Below are positions 50,221-63,845 of a DNA stretch of 64,000 nucleotides, piece after piece. Under the pieces are notes generated by a model. It was given only the letters and a program-made list of their open reading frames with translations. It did not search any database and had not been told where the DNA came from. Positions within the stretch are counted from its first letter, which is position 1; every line of letters begins with the position of its first letter. The stretch comes from Eledone cirrhosa (Eukaryota): contig OZ024742.1 in NCBI GenBank assembly GCA_964016885.1, positions 72,726,001 to 72,790,000 on the forward strand. The letters are read 5' to 3'. The translations under genes and the position numbers were made by a program.

Positions 50221-53200
50221 AATAATTGTTTACCAAGTCCATTGCCAGACGTCGGAGTTTCAATGAATCCATGCCCAGGGAAGCAAGGCGTTCAGAGTAT
50301 GGTAGGTGTCTGATGGAGGGTATGCGCTTGGTTGCACATCTCTATCAGTTTCCAGGAGGCCAATGTTCTGAGCAAGATGATGATGTGAATTCCAAGTGTG
50401 GTCATACCATAGCTGTATACAGCTTTAAATGGATGGCTGGAGAGCGGCTAACAAAGGTCTTACTGAGTGATGCCAAAACACCCTTGGCCTTCTTGACAAT
50501 TTTAGAGATGTGCTTTGTCTAACGCAAATCGCTGCTGACAGTAATACCCAGGTCACATTCACAAGAGGACTTCTTGATATCAGTGTTGTGGAGGGAGTAT
50601 GTGGACGCTGGATTTTTCCTCCAAAAATGCATGGTGGTACACTTGTCCACAGCCAGCTTCAGTTGCCAGTCTGTGATCCATTGCTGCATTGTGTCCAGGT
50701 CTGATTGTAGGAAAGAGTTATAGATTTCAGGATCTGTCCTTTTGATTTCAAGGTACAGCTTGATGTCATCTGCATATTTCAGTACTGTGGCATTCTTTAA
50801 GTTGGCATCTATGTCATTAATGTATGCAACAAACAAAAGGGGATCAAGAACAGATCCCTGTGGTACACCAGATGACATCTCATATGGTGAAGAATGCTGT
50901 CCTATAACCGTGACTACCTCTTTTCGGCTGAGAATGAAGGATTTCAACCTATTAAAAAGATCATCCTTCACACCCATTGCAGAGAGTTTTGCCATAAGTC
51001 TTTTGTGTGGCACAGAATTAAAAGCCTTAGCGAAGTCAAGGTAAACAACATCCACCCATGAGCCACTGTCAGTGATCAGGGTAATGTCTTCAAGGAACTC
51101 GATAAGCTGATCACAGCAGCTGGAGTTAGGGATAAATCCAAATTGCGAGGGCCGGATGAGGCTGTGAGAGTTCCAGAAGTTCCAAAGTGTTTCTCTGAAA
51201 CAGGATTCCATCAGTTTGGCAATACAGCTAGTAAGGCTGACTGGACGATAGTTGACAGGTGACGTGCGGTCGCCCTTTTTGAACAGGAGAATGACACTGG
51301 CAGTTTTCCACTGCTCCGGAGTAGGACCATTGTTGAGACAGTATTGAAAGAAAGAAAGCCGGTGCAAAAGGAAGTACCCACTATGTTTGAGAAGCAGGTA
51401 TGTAACACCATCAAGACCAAGGGAGGCATAGTTGCGCTTATTCTTAAGGTGACATTGCAGCATTGCAGGTGTAAATTCCATAGTTGTTATGGAATTTGAT
51501 GTTAGAGATGGTGGAGATGATACATTCTGGTTTTCAACAGTAAAAATTCTTGCATAGCACTCAGCAATGAGTTCTGCGCATTCTTTGGGATCGTCAGTGA
51601 TCTGGCTTGTGTGGGATTGCGAAGAGGACCAACTGGAGAGTGAGGTCTCTGCTTTGAATGTATATATTTCCAGAACACCTTACTGTCAGGATTGGTTGCT
51701 ATGCACTGTTCAAATTCAAGCACTGTCTTTTTTGTCACTTGCTTGGGATGGTTGGAAGATTTATTCCGGTTTTTTTTCTGTTGACATTTTATTTATGCAG
51801 TTTATATTCCCGTTCAGCATTCCAACATTTTTTCCTGACAAGTCGGACTGCTGAAGTTTTCCAAATTGCACTTTTAGGGTGTTTTTTTTTCTGCTTACGT
51901 GGCACTGATGCTGCACACACTATCCATATTGAGTCCAGGATACTCTGGAGTATAATGTTCACATCTCCAGAGTTATAGAACTCATGCCAGTTTGGGCGCT
52001 GTAGCTCAGTGCAGTACAAGTTCCAATCTGCTTTCTTCCAATCAAAGCAAGCAGATTGGAGATGGTTCTGGTTTTTGTTGCTGCCTGCAAGAGCCAGATT
52101 GGCAATGATCATAGCATGATCAGAGTCGCCTAGAGGTTCCTCAGTAGTACAACTGATAACCACTTCAGGAGTAGTGGTGAAGAGCAAGTCCAAAGTGTTG
52201 TCACCTCTTGTTGGAGAGGTGACTACTTGTGACCAGTTTGAGTCCAGCACTGGCTCAAGGAAATCGTTTGCACTTTGTGGCCAACGAAAGGTTTCCCAAT
52301 CGATCTTAGGATGATTGAAGTCACCTGCAATAAAAACATAAGTGACTGTTTTCCTGGCAGCAGCTCTGAGGATATCGCAAAGCTGTGTGTCCTGATGGTA
52401 GTTTGGGGAGCGATAAACAACACCAAGCAGAAGTGTTGACATGGTCATAATTATGTCACAGAAAAAAACTTCTTGTGATTCGTTCAAATCAACGTAAGGA
52501 ATTTTACCGAAAAATTTGAACGAACGTAAACCATCACACCACCACCACGGCGATTAATGCAGTCCTTGCGGAACAGGTTGTACCGACTAATGCTGAAAAC
52601 CCCATCACAGAGTAAGGAATGTGCCCATGTTTCCATGACTGTGATGAAGTCAGAGTCGATGCTTCTGACGTAGGAGTTAAACAGGTGTATCTTGTTGCAT
52701 AAACTGCAAGCATTTAAGGACAACAATTTGTACCCTGCTTGCAGTTTATGATGGTGTGTAGAGGGTGGCAGGTTGTTCTGGTTTAGTTTCCCAGAGTTGT
52801 TGCAGTTTTTTCATTGCCAGTTATTGTGGGTAGAGCGCACTCAGACCAGCTGGTATCTCTCTTCCACGTTTCACCAGCCTTAACAAACCTCCAGATCTGC
52901 CCATCATCACGCAGACTAATACTTCCATGTTGTGCTGAGTTCCGATTCAAGGAAGCTGCAGCACGTAGCTTTGGACGTGCATCAGGTGGTAGGCCTGGGC
53001 GTGTTCGGAAGGTAATCCAATTTTCATGCCCAGCTTTAACAGGCCAGATGATATGAAATTGCCTCAGCGGGGTCCGAAAAAGACAGCGTGATGAGTCTGG
53101 GTTTTGGACCAGATCGACCTAGGCGGAGAGCACCCTTTGGGGGAACACAGCCTAGGTCTTTGGCTGAGCTGGCAGCAAATGCCTGAAGATCAGCCTTGTC

Positions 53201-53345
53201 TTCTGGTACCCCAATGGCAATTACTTCATGGGTAGCAGATTCCGCAGTCTTCCCAGTGTGCCCAGATATGGCAAGAGGTACAGGGAGATTCTTTAGCAAG
53301 GCAATCCTATAAGACCCCTCATTGTGGGGTCCTACCCGAATGCTT
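50221..53345 (-). mobile_element. CR1-type LINE, decayed (ORF1 remnant, APE, RT), 3' end missing
   Basis: ORF1-like VIAIGVPE...LRLGR..PKPRLI; APE LNACSL, VMETW, RGGGV, GDFNHP, LDL, SDH; RT YLDFAKAF, GVPQGSVL, YADDIKLY. Confidence 0.88.
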
Positions 53346-53964
53346 GCTTTCTGTTAGCCTAAATGCAATCCCACTACATCTCTTGTGCATCCATAAATTA
53401 TACTGTGTGCACCTTCTGGAATTTCTGCCCATTCTTTCCTGATGTATTGAACAAGGCCACTTTCCTGTTGGTATCACCTTCCTATCTTCTTTCTTTCTTA
53501 TTAAGACTTTTGTCTTTGCTAAATTTACTTTTAGGCCTTTCGACTCTAAGTTCTTCCATGCTTGAAATTTTGTCTTTAACTTTCCTACAGATTCAGCTAT
53601 GATGACAAGGTCATCAGCATATAGGGGTTCCCATGGAGTGTCAGTTTTAAACTCCTCAGTGATGGCTTGAAGAACAATGATAAACAGGAGTGGACTGAGA
53701 ACTGATTCAAATTCATCACTATACTCATTGGCAACTCCCACTCTGCTATTGCTCCTCTGTACATAGCCTGCACAAACCATTTGTCTACACCTATTGTAGA
53801 GCATAGGACTCTGTTGAAGGCCTTCTCTAGATGTAATGGCTTACTCTTAGCTAAGTACCTCTCCTGTAGTTGCTTCACCTACCTGGCATAAATCCAAACT
53901 GCATCTCATCTAACTTGATTCTTTCCCTAATTAGTTGTGCTGCAACCCTTTCAGCAACTTTCAT
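53346..53964 (-). mobile_element. Old RTE LINE, RT part
   Basis: SVLSPLLFII...YADDL...KGLKVNLAKTKV...WPCS..HKRCSG. Confidence 0.8.
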
Positions 53965-54235
53965 GACTGAACAGAATAAAATTCGGAAATACCTGGATTT
54001 ATCTAATAGTTATTTTTTCCAGCCTATAGCAATACCATTGGCATTTGAAACATTTGGTGGAGTTGGGTCACTGACAGCAAAGTCCTTGTCATCGCTGGTG
54101 GCTCACCTTATTGAGGTGTCAGGTGATGCCCGTGAGGGTACCTGGTTGTTTCAGCATCACCCATAGTAATGTTGCAAGTGTGTTAGCTTGCCTCAAAGTG
54201 TTCCATCGACCTTCATCATGGTGTGCGGCTGATTG
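53965..54235 (+). mobile_element. CRE-like non-LTR retrotransposon C-terminal fragment
   Basis: EQNKIRKYLDL...FFQP...AFETFGGVG...GDAREGTWLFQ. Confidence 0.6.
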
Positions 54236-54629
54236 TCGGATGTTAAGGAGTACAACATTCAATGTATTCTTTTCTTTAAGACAGTAGGGCACAACTTGAG
54301 TGTTATTTATTGAGTAGGGTGGCTTTTTTGTTATCCCAACTTCTTACCCAGGTCAGCTCTGATCGAGCAAACCTATGATGTGTTGCAGTCATGACCAGCC
54401 CGCGTTCTCAGAAGTTTGTAAACATTATCAGGATATTTGGGCGCAATTAAACGATTCTAGACTTTATTATCATATAATAAATACATAAGATTAACTAGAA
54501 ATACATATATATTATTAATTAATTATTGCTAGGAACCTTATAAATATAATGAAAAAAAACCCCATTAATTCAACATTAAGTGCATCAATCTGTCACACAC
54601 CACATGGGTCAGAACTTTTTGAGCCAAGT

Positions 54630-55235
54630 CAACATGCTCGCAACATTACTGTGGGTGATGATGAGGCTAAGGCGCTGAAACAACCAAGCACCTTCACGAG
54701 CATCACCTGGTACATTGATAAGGTGAGCTGTTAATGATAACAAGAATTTTTTGCTGTCAGCGGCCAAGCTCCTTCAAATGTCTTGAATGTTGCAGGCTGG
54801 AAGAAATGGTTTGCCGATAACTTCCAGTATTTTCGAATTTTATCTCGTTCGGTTATGGCCCTCACTTTTATTGTAGCATCCAGGATGTGAGAGGGAGCAA
54901 AAGAGCCACTGGCTGTTGTGTCCCAGATGAGACATTTACCTTTTACACAGGGACAAAGGGTAAGACCATCTGGTCTCTTCCCATCAAATCTGGATAATCT
55001 AGCCGGCTCCAGAACCGAGGTGATATTTACCTGAGCTAGGGCCCGCTTAATGATCAAGTTTAGCTTGGTGTGGCAATCAAAGCGACCAGCATTTAGGTGG
55101 CAAGACAAACCATGAAGGCCTGTGAAGTCAAGGGGTCAATCACAGCAACATCTCAAACCCCCACAGACACTGGCTCTCCCTCTGAGTGCAATGGAGAGGC
55201 GGAGCTCATTGAAGAGCATCAACCCAGTCCCCCAA
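54630..55235 (-). mobile_element. CRE-like non-LTR retrotransposon fragment (CCHC finger + REL endonuclease)
   Basis: C-C...GLHGLSC, H..LN, LEP..L...DGKRPDG, LIWDTT, E.DKIRKY. Confidence 0.7.
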
Positions 55236-55859
55236 TGATTTGAGGCTAAGTCGAGCAATCACGTAGAAGATCGTATATAGAATTGCTGCATTAGAAATCC
55301 TCAAACTTTTGAGGCCATCAACCCCTTTCATGAAATCCTCGATCCTCACCCTCTCATCGACCCTAGACATGTACAAAAATAAATAAGTAAATGAATAAAT
55401 AAATCAGTAAAATTGGATGAGTTCTTAAGGGACGGACAAGTGTGATATAATTATAATGAACAATGACAAAAAACCAAGAGCTAGTGTCATAGGAGGCGAA
55501 TCATCCTTCTACTAGAAATCCATTTTCTAAAATCGTAACAGGAAGAGATTTTAACACAACCTACATCTTAGAGTCAACCCAAGAATTTGATTGGATTTAT
55601 ATAGTTTGTCTGTACATTACTTATCCCAGATATATTCTCTGCATCCTCTCCATACAGCTATCCATAAAATAAATACACAATTAAGACTAATCATATATAA
55701 ATCAGAAACCTGAATAAGCAAGTAGTATTTTGTTGTATTGTTTTATTTTTTTTCGTTTCTTTTACAAATGTCAGGTTTGGACCCAAAAGATCAATGGACT
55801 CCTGTGGTCGATATTGAATAACTTTGACAACACCTGGATATATGGCTATGACAATGTTC

Positions 55860-55944
55860 AGACTCACTTTCTTGCGGGGTTATCTGCCCTTTGTCGGCGG
55901 AAGTAATCATATAGACGAACTACCGCTAGTAAGAGAAGGTAAAC
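55860..55944 (+). promoter_or_regulatory. COPS5 proximal promoter / 5'UTR
   Basis: CpG-containing segment with ETS/GABP-type CGGAAGT (55898-55904); AAACATGG Kozak context. Confidence 0.5.
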
Positions 55945-56078
55945 ATGGATGCCGAAGTATCACACAAGACTTGGTGTCTGCAGAACAGTGTAGAAACGGT
56001 GAGCAGTGTAGACGAAATATATCGATACGACAAGAAACAACAGCAGGATATACTCACAGCTAAACCATGGGAGAAAAA
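55945..56078 (+). CDS. COPS5: COP9 signalosome subunit 5, coding exon 1
   Basis: [44 protein letters not shown]; phase-2 GTAAGT donor. Confidence 0.95.
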
Positions 56079-56440
56079 GTAAGTAATTTCAACCGGCATT
56101 AATACACGTGAATGAAAGTACAAAGAATTTGTTTCACAACAGCGATGAAGTAACATGCAAAAACAAAATCATAGGTAATCTCAGACATAGTCTGAGTTCA
56201 ATATGCTATCGATATCGATATAAACTTAGCTTTTCATCCTTCCAAATTCAATGAAATAAAATGCTGGAATAGATTTATTCAATTATATCATTCATGCCAA
56301 AATTGTAATCTCGAGCCTCTGTTAGAATTATGATTATTATGATGGTGGAAGAATGGTTAGAGCAGTAGATAAAATGTTTTCAGATATTTTGTTGTGTTGC
56401 TGTCAGCTTTTTTTCATTTTACTGGGCTCGATATATATAT

Positions 56441-56486
<46 letters not shown>

Positions 56487-56568
56487 TTGTCAGCAGATCT
56501 CGTTCCAGAATTTTTTCCTCTTAATCCGATTCATTTATATATACATACATAATTATCTATAGATACCC

Positions 56569-56630
<62 letters not shown>

Positions 56631-56899
56631 ATATATATCTATATATATGTGTGTGTGTGTATATGTATGTATAAAATTTGAAATGCCTTCCTAACATTAA
56701 TGACTGAGAATAGTCGATCACTATTATTAATAGTTGAGAAAATAGAGTAAAGTACATCAGGAAACGGAAAAAAAGCTAACAGGGGCATCTGTGAAGAATT
56801 AAACTCCACATCTCTCAAATGCTGGGCGAGTACATTAACCATTATGCTAAGGAGGGCCCTTTCCCCAATTGCCATCTTTTAGAGAATTTAAGCTTGTAG

Positions 56900-57900
56900 C
56901 TAGAAGGTAAAGTATCTGGTTGATTTAACAAACATTTGAAATATAGCCTTTCCATTGCCAAGAGGTGTATGCTTATTCCATGAAAAGGCATACAACCATA
57001 TTCCACAGGACTTGTGGAAGGTTCTGCTGGAGTATGGGATCAATGGACAGCTCTTTGCTTTAAAGTCTCTATTCAAATGCCCTTGTACTCCTGTTTGGAT
57101 AAATGGTGTTAAGTCAAAGCCATTCAATGTGGGTGTCAGACTCCACCAATGGTGTGTATTATCACCTCTCCTGTGCATAATCTTTATGAACTGGTTTGAA
57201 GTGGAATCGTGACTGGTGGGGGTAGGATTATTTGGCTGGAATTTGCAGACAACATCTTCAACATACACTTCTTAGGTTTGCTTCCGAGTGCCACATGGCA
57301 GGAATGAAAATCAGTACTGTGGAGACTGAGACACATGTAAGTGGTGTTATACTGAAGCAGCTATAGAAGTATCTCAGGGCCATTTTTCATGAGTGATGGA
57401 AGGCAGGAGGCTGAATTAAATGTAAGAATTGCTGTAGTAATGCACCAGCTTTGGCACTCGGTCATCAGAAGGAAGGAGAGGTAAAAGCCAGACATGCTCT
57501 CTGTAATTAGATGTTTTTGCTTACCCTTACCAATGGTCATGAATCTTAGGTAATGCTCAAAAGAATATGATTGCAAATACAAGTGACTCAAATGCGGTTT
57601 CTCTAGAGAGTCTTTGGAGTAACTTTACTCAATAGGGTGCATAGCTCAAAGATCAGAGACTCACTCCAGGTAGAGCTGCTAAATTGAGACATCACAGATC
57701 TGATGCTATGGACAAGTGGTTTGAATATCTAAGGAAAGAATCGCTGAACAGATTTTATGGGCAAAGCCACGAGCAAGACAGTTTGATAACACTCATGAGC
57801 TTGGTTGGTCTCTCCTGGAGATCCAGCCGAATCAAGTGGAGGCAGTTACTTCTGATAGGACTTTCAGAAAGGCATGTCTGAGGACTGCCCCCATGACCTT
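56900..57900 (+). mobile_element. Degenerate RTE-like LINE relic in COPS5 intron 1
   Basis: EKAYNHIP..LWKVL.EYG...FNVGVRLHQWCVLSPLL. Confidence 0.6.
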
Positions 57901-57949
57901 TCCAGGAATAAGTGGGTAACAAAGAGGAAATGTAACCATTCCAACCAAT

Positions 57950-59860
57950 GTTGAGACAACCTACTGAGGGCCACAGGCAAGATCTGTAAATGGGGTAAGG
58001 TACCAGTCAGATGGAAAGGGATGTAGTAGAACAGTACTGTGGATACTGCCATAAAAGCTAAGAGACATGGTTTAGCAGGGAACAATACCAGTGTAACTAG
58101 AAGGGAGGCCAGGTGTCAAGTTTATTTGACTAGAGAAGAGGTAGAAACTAAGGTGTTTCAGTGTTCTGCAGTATGGGGATCATAGGTATGAAGTGTTCCG
58201 ATTGCAAGGCAGTGTATAAGAGAGAACCAGGATGTGAGAGTGAAGTATGTTTGAAATGTCAGTGACTCACTTACTCTTAATGAGACAGAAGAGTAGCATG
58301 GAAGTGTTACTAGGAGAGGTTGTTAAATGAGCAGAATGCATGGGAAAGTGAGGCTTTATCTCAAGTAGACCCAGCTAAAGGATCAGCCATCAAAGTTGAC
58401 AGTAGTATGGTAGATACAGCGTTTAAGGAAATGAAGGTAGAAAAGGCAGCTAGACCTTCATGGATGGTTAAACTATTTGGTGGAGCAGGACACAGACTAG
58501 TTACTCTTATATAAACCAGATAGTGCAGGAAGGTTTTATACCCAATGTCTGGCATAGTAGCATCATTGTCAACTGCTACAAGGGTAAAAGAGACACTAGA
58601 GAGAGGAAATTACAGAGGCATCAAATTGTTAGATCAGGTTATGAAGCTTACAGAAAGAATTATAGCAAAATCGATTAGGGATAGAATTAATCTGGATGAG
58701 GTGTAGTTTGGCTTTATGCTAAGAAAAAGCACTACTGGTGTCATCTTCCTTGTGAGTTAAATGCAAAAATACTTAGCTAAAAATAAGCCCCTCTACTTAG
58801 CATTTGTTGACCTGGAAAAAGGCCTTTGATAGAATCCCACATTCTGTAATCTGGCAGATTTGTCACACATTGTATCTTGCTGATTCTATTTCAAATTTAT
58901 AATAAGGGTACACATGTCTGTGGAATACTCAGCTACTTGGTGAGGTAATTCAATGAGTAGGTCATCTGACATTCTTAAGTTAAGATTTTATCACCATCAT
59001 ATAATGAAAGGCAGACTGTATGACGCATGTATATGAACAGCAATGTTGCACAGCAGTGAGACCTGGTCACTGTGTGCTGAGGACCTGCGAAGATTGGAAA
59101 GAAATGAAGCTTCCATGCTTTGCAGGATATCCAATAGCAATATACGTGAACGCCAAAGTATAAATGTTGTGTGAGAAATTAGGCATAAGAGGGATCAGTT
59201 GTTGCGTGCAGGAGAGGAGATTGCATTGGTATGGACATGTAATGCGTATGAAGGATGACAGTTGTATAAAAAGGTGCAGAGCGCTCAAAGTTGATAGTAG
59301 CCATGGAGTGGGCAGGCTTAGGAAGACATGGGATGAGGTAATAAAATCTGACCTTGCACAATTACACCTCACCAAGGCAATGACACAGGACCGCGATCTC
59401 TGGCGCTATGCAGTATTGCAGAAGACCCACCCTCTATTATTCTCAGGATGGGGCTTATACCTAGTAGGCAACGCCTTCCTCAACTTTCTCCCCTCCCATA
59501 CACCTGCCTTTGCGGCAACCATCCCTCCCCTATTACCTACTCCCGCAATTTCCCCAAACTTCCTCCTCCCCCTCCCTAGTTCCAAGTCAAAAGTGCCTAG
59601 TCCCCACTGTAAAGTGGCCGTGTCGGCGACACGACAAAAAATGCCAGTCCACGCTGTAATGTGGTTGTGTAGGTGACACGACAAAAGCACCCAGCTGTAA
59701 ATGTAGTTGGCATTAGGAAGGGCATCCAGCTGTAGAAACCAAGCCAAAATCTGCCCCAGGTGAGCTAAAGATGGTCCTTCTGACTTGATTCTCTCTCTAA
59801 GGGTCAACCCGTCCTACCCATGCTAGCATGGAAGATGGATGTTAAACGATGATGATGATA
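57950..59860 (+). mobile_element. Degenerate RTE LINE with internal deletion in COPS5 intron 1
   Basis: NYRGIKLL and AFVDLEK remnants; ERRLHWYGHVMR...GRLRKTW; (GAT)n tail. Confidence 0.75.
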
Positions 59861-60029
59861 TATATATATAGATTGATAGAGAGAGAAAGAGAGTGCAGGG
59901 GATAGAAGATAGACAATATATATATATCATCATCATTTAGCAATCGTTATATTGTAAAGCGTGTTTGATATAAGTTATTAAAATATGATGTCCTGTCTTG
60001 TATTAATCAAATTATTCTATTTCTTTCAG

Positions 60030-60264
60030 TCCACATTATTTCAAGTATATAAAAATCTCAGCTTTAGCTCTCCTCAAAATGGTCATGCATGCTCGATCAG
60101 GCGGTAACCTTGAAGTTATGGGTCTCCTGCTGGGTAAAGTGGATGGCAACACCATGTTAGTTATGGACAGTTTTGCTGCCCCAGTGGAGGGAACTGAAAC
60201 CCGAGTGAATGCCCAGGCCCAGGCATATGAGTATATGGCAGCTTATACTGAATCATCAAAACAA
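60030..60264 (+). CDS. COPS5: COP9 signalosome subunit 5, coding exon 2 (MPN domain)
   Basis: TTTCAG acceptor; [36 protein letters not shown]...[14 protein letters not shown]; 235 nt; GTAAGT donor; phase matches exon 1. Confidence 0.97.
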
Positions 60265-60443
60265 GTAAGTCAAGCAGTAACATTCTGCCTGTTGTTCCTT
60301 AACTCTTAATGTCCTGTACCACATGAAACTGCATTAACAAAGACATTCTTGAAAAAGTATAAAATAAAACTATGGCTGCATCACATTAAAAATTAAAGTC
60401 TTTACTCTATTACAGATTTTCACAACAATCTGTCCACTATTAA

Positions 60444-60642
60444 CCCTTTAGCATTTAAACTGGCCATATCCGGCCAGAATTCTCTCACTTCTTTCTGTTC
60501 AAACCAGCCATAACCTGCCACTCATACTGACATTAAGGTATTGTTCTCAAAATAAATAATATCATCAAAATCTTGTAAATTCCATATGTGAGATAAAGCC
60601 TTCACCATGAAAATATAATAGAGTAATGTAAATGCTAAAGGG
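60444..60642. mobile_element. piggyBac-type MITE
   Basis: TTAA-CCCTTTAGCATTTA ... TAAATGCTAAAGGG-TTAA: perfect 14-bp TIR, TTAA TSD. Confidence 0.85.
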
Positions 60643-62364
60643 TTAAAGATGCTACTCCCATTTGAATTAACATACTCATCATCATCACAGTAACATTACA
60701 AGATATGAAGAGTTAAATAGTCCCAAATCATGTCTTATTTTAACACATGAGACAACTGTGACACTGATGTGGACATTTGATGGTAATATATGTACTGGAG
60801 GGTGGTGGTGGTGGTGGTGTCATTGGTGGAAGAGATTAGGCCACATCTCCAGATGCATACTTAGCATGACTGATGAAATGAGAAAAGGTTAAGTTGAGTG
60901 GTGATTTGTACAGCATATGTATCAGAGGCGGTGAATTATCTGGAGCATAGGTCTATATTGCCTTTCATCCTTTGAATGTTGATAAAATAAAATGCCAGCC
61001 CAGCACGGTGGTTTAACAGAATTGTTAGAGTATTGGACAAGATGCTTTGTGGTTCTGTATCTCTCTGTATCTCTCTGCTCTGAGTACGTTTGTTTGTTTT
61101 TTTACCATTAATCGTTTCAGGGCTGATGAAATAAAATGCTTGTCCAGGGTGGTGGATTAGCGAAATTGTTAGAGCTTTGGAGAAGATACTTTACTGTATT
61201 TGTTCCATTTTTTTTTTTTCATTCTGTGTTCAAATCTCTTTGTGGCTTATTTGGGTAGTAGACTTAATCAGTCACCCAGTTTAGCTCCATCACTTTGCCC
61301 TTAGGTGCCTTTAGTGGAGTCCATTATGTGGCAAGTATTCAGGCCCTTAGTTGAAGAGTAATTTCCTCCCTCTTACCTCTCTTGGACTATAGAGAATGAT
61401 CATTGGCATTGTTTCTCTCCTTGATGAAGCAGTCAAAAATAAATCATCATACCAGATGATTGTGTTAGAGAAAAGACATTTTAGTCATTAACGTAAATGG
61501 TACAATTTTCAATGTCTTAGTTTTAAGACAAGTCATTACTTGATTAAATGTCTCAACATCTGAGATGAGTTATCAATAACATTATCATTTTTCAGACTAT
61601 TAACCTCATTTCTAGAGCATATATTGTCAATATTTATTTTTGTTACAAAGACAGTCTGCACTGATCTTAGGCCTCTTCTATCTCCTTCCTTTGCAGTTGT
61701 TTTCCATAGACATTGTCTTAGAACCATACTGAGAATTTCTTGGTTTGATCACATCTTAAATGAGAAGTCATAGAAAAGGCCTGACTGTGTAACCTACAGT
61801 ATACCATCACTGTAAGATGGTAGAAGATGCTTGGCTATGTGCTATGCATGTTAAAAAAAAAACCAGTGGGAGCCTCACTTGAGTGGATCCTAGAGGGGAG
61901 AGGGTATAGCAGGTGAGGCAGATCTGTCACAAGCTGGCTGGGTACTGTGGAAAAGGACCTGGCTGACATGGGCCTAGACTAGATGTGGTGTCTGAAGACA
62001 CTACCTCATCACTCTCACAGGAATAAGTGGGTGAAGAAGACATTCAAACCATCACCATAGTGTAATGAGGATAATAATAACGCTGATGATGCTTGAATTT
62101 TATTTCTGTGTAGAACACAATCAGTACTTTTCAAGACCTCAAAACTGTTCATGTTCTCTATACTTCTCATTTGTTTGAGAATAGCTGTAGTTGTTTGCTG
62201 AACTTTTTTATTGTCTTTAATTACTCTGAAGCACATAGACAATATGAGATACTGTCCCTTAACATACAAATGTGTTTCCTTATACCAATGCAAGAAATAG
62301 TTCATGTAATCTTGTCAAATAACTGAAGTTAATTTCATTACTTTCGGAATTATTTTCTGTTTAG

Positions 62365-62559
<195 letters not shown>

Positions 62560-63779
62560 TGATTTTCAAATCATTTTGTAAATAATCAAGAATTTTGAGG
62601 AATTTAGCAATATAACTAATTTAGTGATAAACAAATATAACTTGACAGGTCAGAGATTGAAGAAGTGGATGACTTCTTATGCCTTGGTATAAAGGTAGAA
62701 AGTTTTTGATGTATCTTGGAGAATACCTCTTCACCTCGTACTGATTTTTCCTCTCCAGTTGCCTTTCCTAGAAATGTCACACCAAATACTGTAAAATAAT
62801 TGCATGAAAATGTCATCAGTTATACTGTATGTACTACTGCTATTACTATTGTATTTGTTTATCTCTGATCAAGCAGTCTTACTAATGAATGTGTTCCAGC
62901 CATAACCATCTTGGAAAAAAAGATTCGATAGTCATTGCTAGAATATCTTTGATCATAAGGCTGACCAGGGGTTTAGCAACAACAACAACTAGTACCATTG
63001 TCAATTTCCTGTATGTGTTATCTATTGCCATGAGTTTCATGCTGTTGTGGTTGTTTAGACCCAGGTCAGCCTGACTAGGCTGTCTATCAAAAAAATGTTC
63101 AAACCATGACCATCTTGGAAAGAAAAGATGGGAGAGTCACGGCTGGAATATCTTTAGTGGTTGGTATTAGGAATGGCATCCAGCTGTGGAAACCGAAACT
63201 GGAATGTATGTAAATGGGACATAGCTCCTTGCCCATTTAGGAGGAGAGTAGCCCTAATTAACTCTTGACTTTTTCTGTAATGACCCATCCAACCTATTCC
63301 TGCAGATGAAAGCAAATGTAAGCCCAGTCATGATCATCATAATGATCATTTTCTTCATCATTATACATCTGTCTTCTCTGTTAGCAAGGGTTAAATGGGC
63401 CGTTATAGACTCAGTCAGTACTCTAGTGGAACTACTAATCTCTCAGATGAACTGGACTCCTGCATCTCATTTACATGTTTCCACATTCTGCCGAGTGCTC
63501 AGATGGGTCAGGGGTCCACATCTTGCTTACATACATTGCTGCATTCCACTTAGCTCACTTTATCATGTCACCAACACTAAGGAGGTTGACATGTCTTTGA
63601 CACAACTGAAGAGTCCTCATTGTCTTATTGATCAAGGGCTAAGCAACAGCTACCACAATCACCAATTTACTGTGTTACCTAGTTTGAAATCATCTACTGA
63701 TGTATTCAGATTATTTAAACCACAGATTTATTCAGTAGGTTTTCATCACAAACTCTTTTCTCTATACTTTTTTATTTAG

Positions 63780-63845
63780 GTTGATCCTGTCAGAACTATA
63801 TCAGCTGGCAAGGTGAATATGGGAGCTTTCCGCACCTACCCAAAG
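63780..63845 (+). CDS. COPS5: COP9 signalosome subunit 5, coding exon 4 (gene continues beyond the window)
   Basis: [22 protein letters not shown]; TTTAG and GTATGT boundaries; 66 nt. Confidence 0.96.

Noticed and set aside
55824-56063. 79-aa ORF over COPS5 exon 1
   Set aside because: Wrong frame; the conserved CSN5 N-terminus starts at ATG 55945
63306-63779. 157-aa ORF in COPS5 intron 3
   Set aside because: Overlaps decayed RTE/SINE tail sequence and ends at the exon 4 acceptor; no homology recognised
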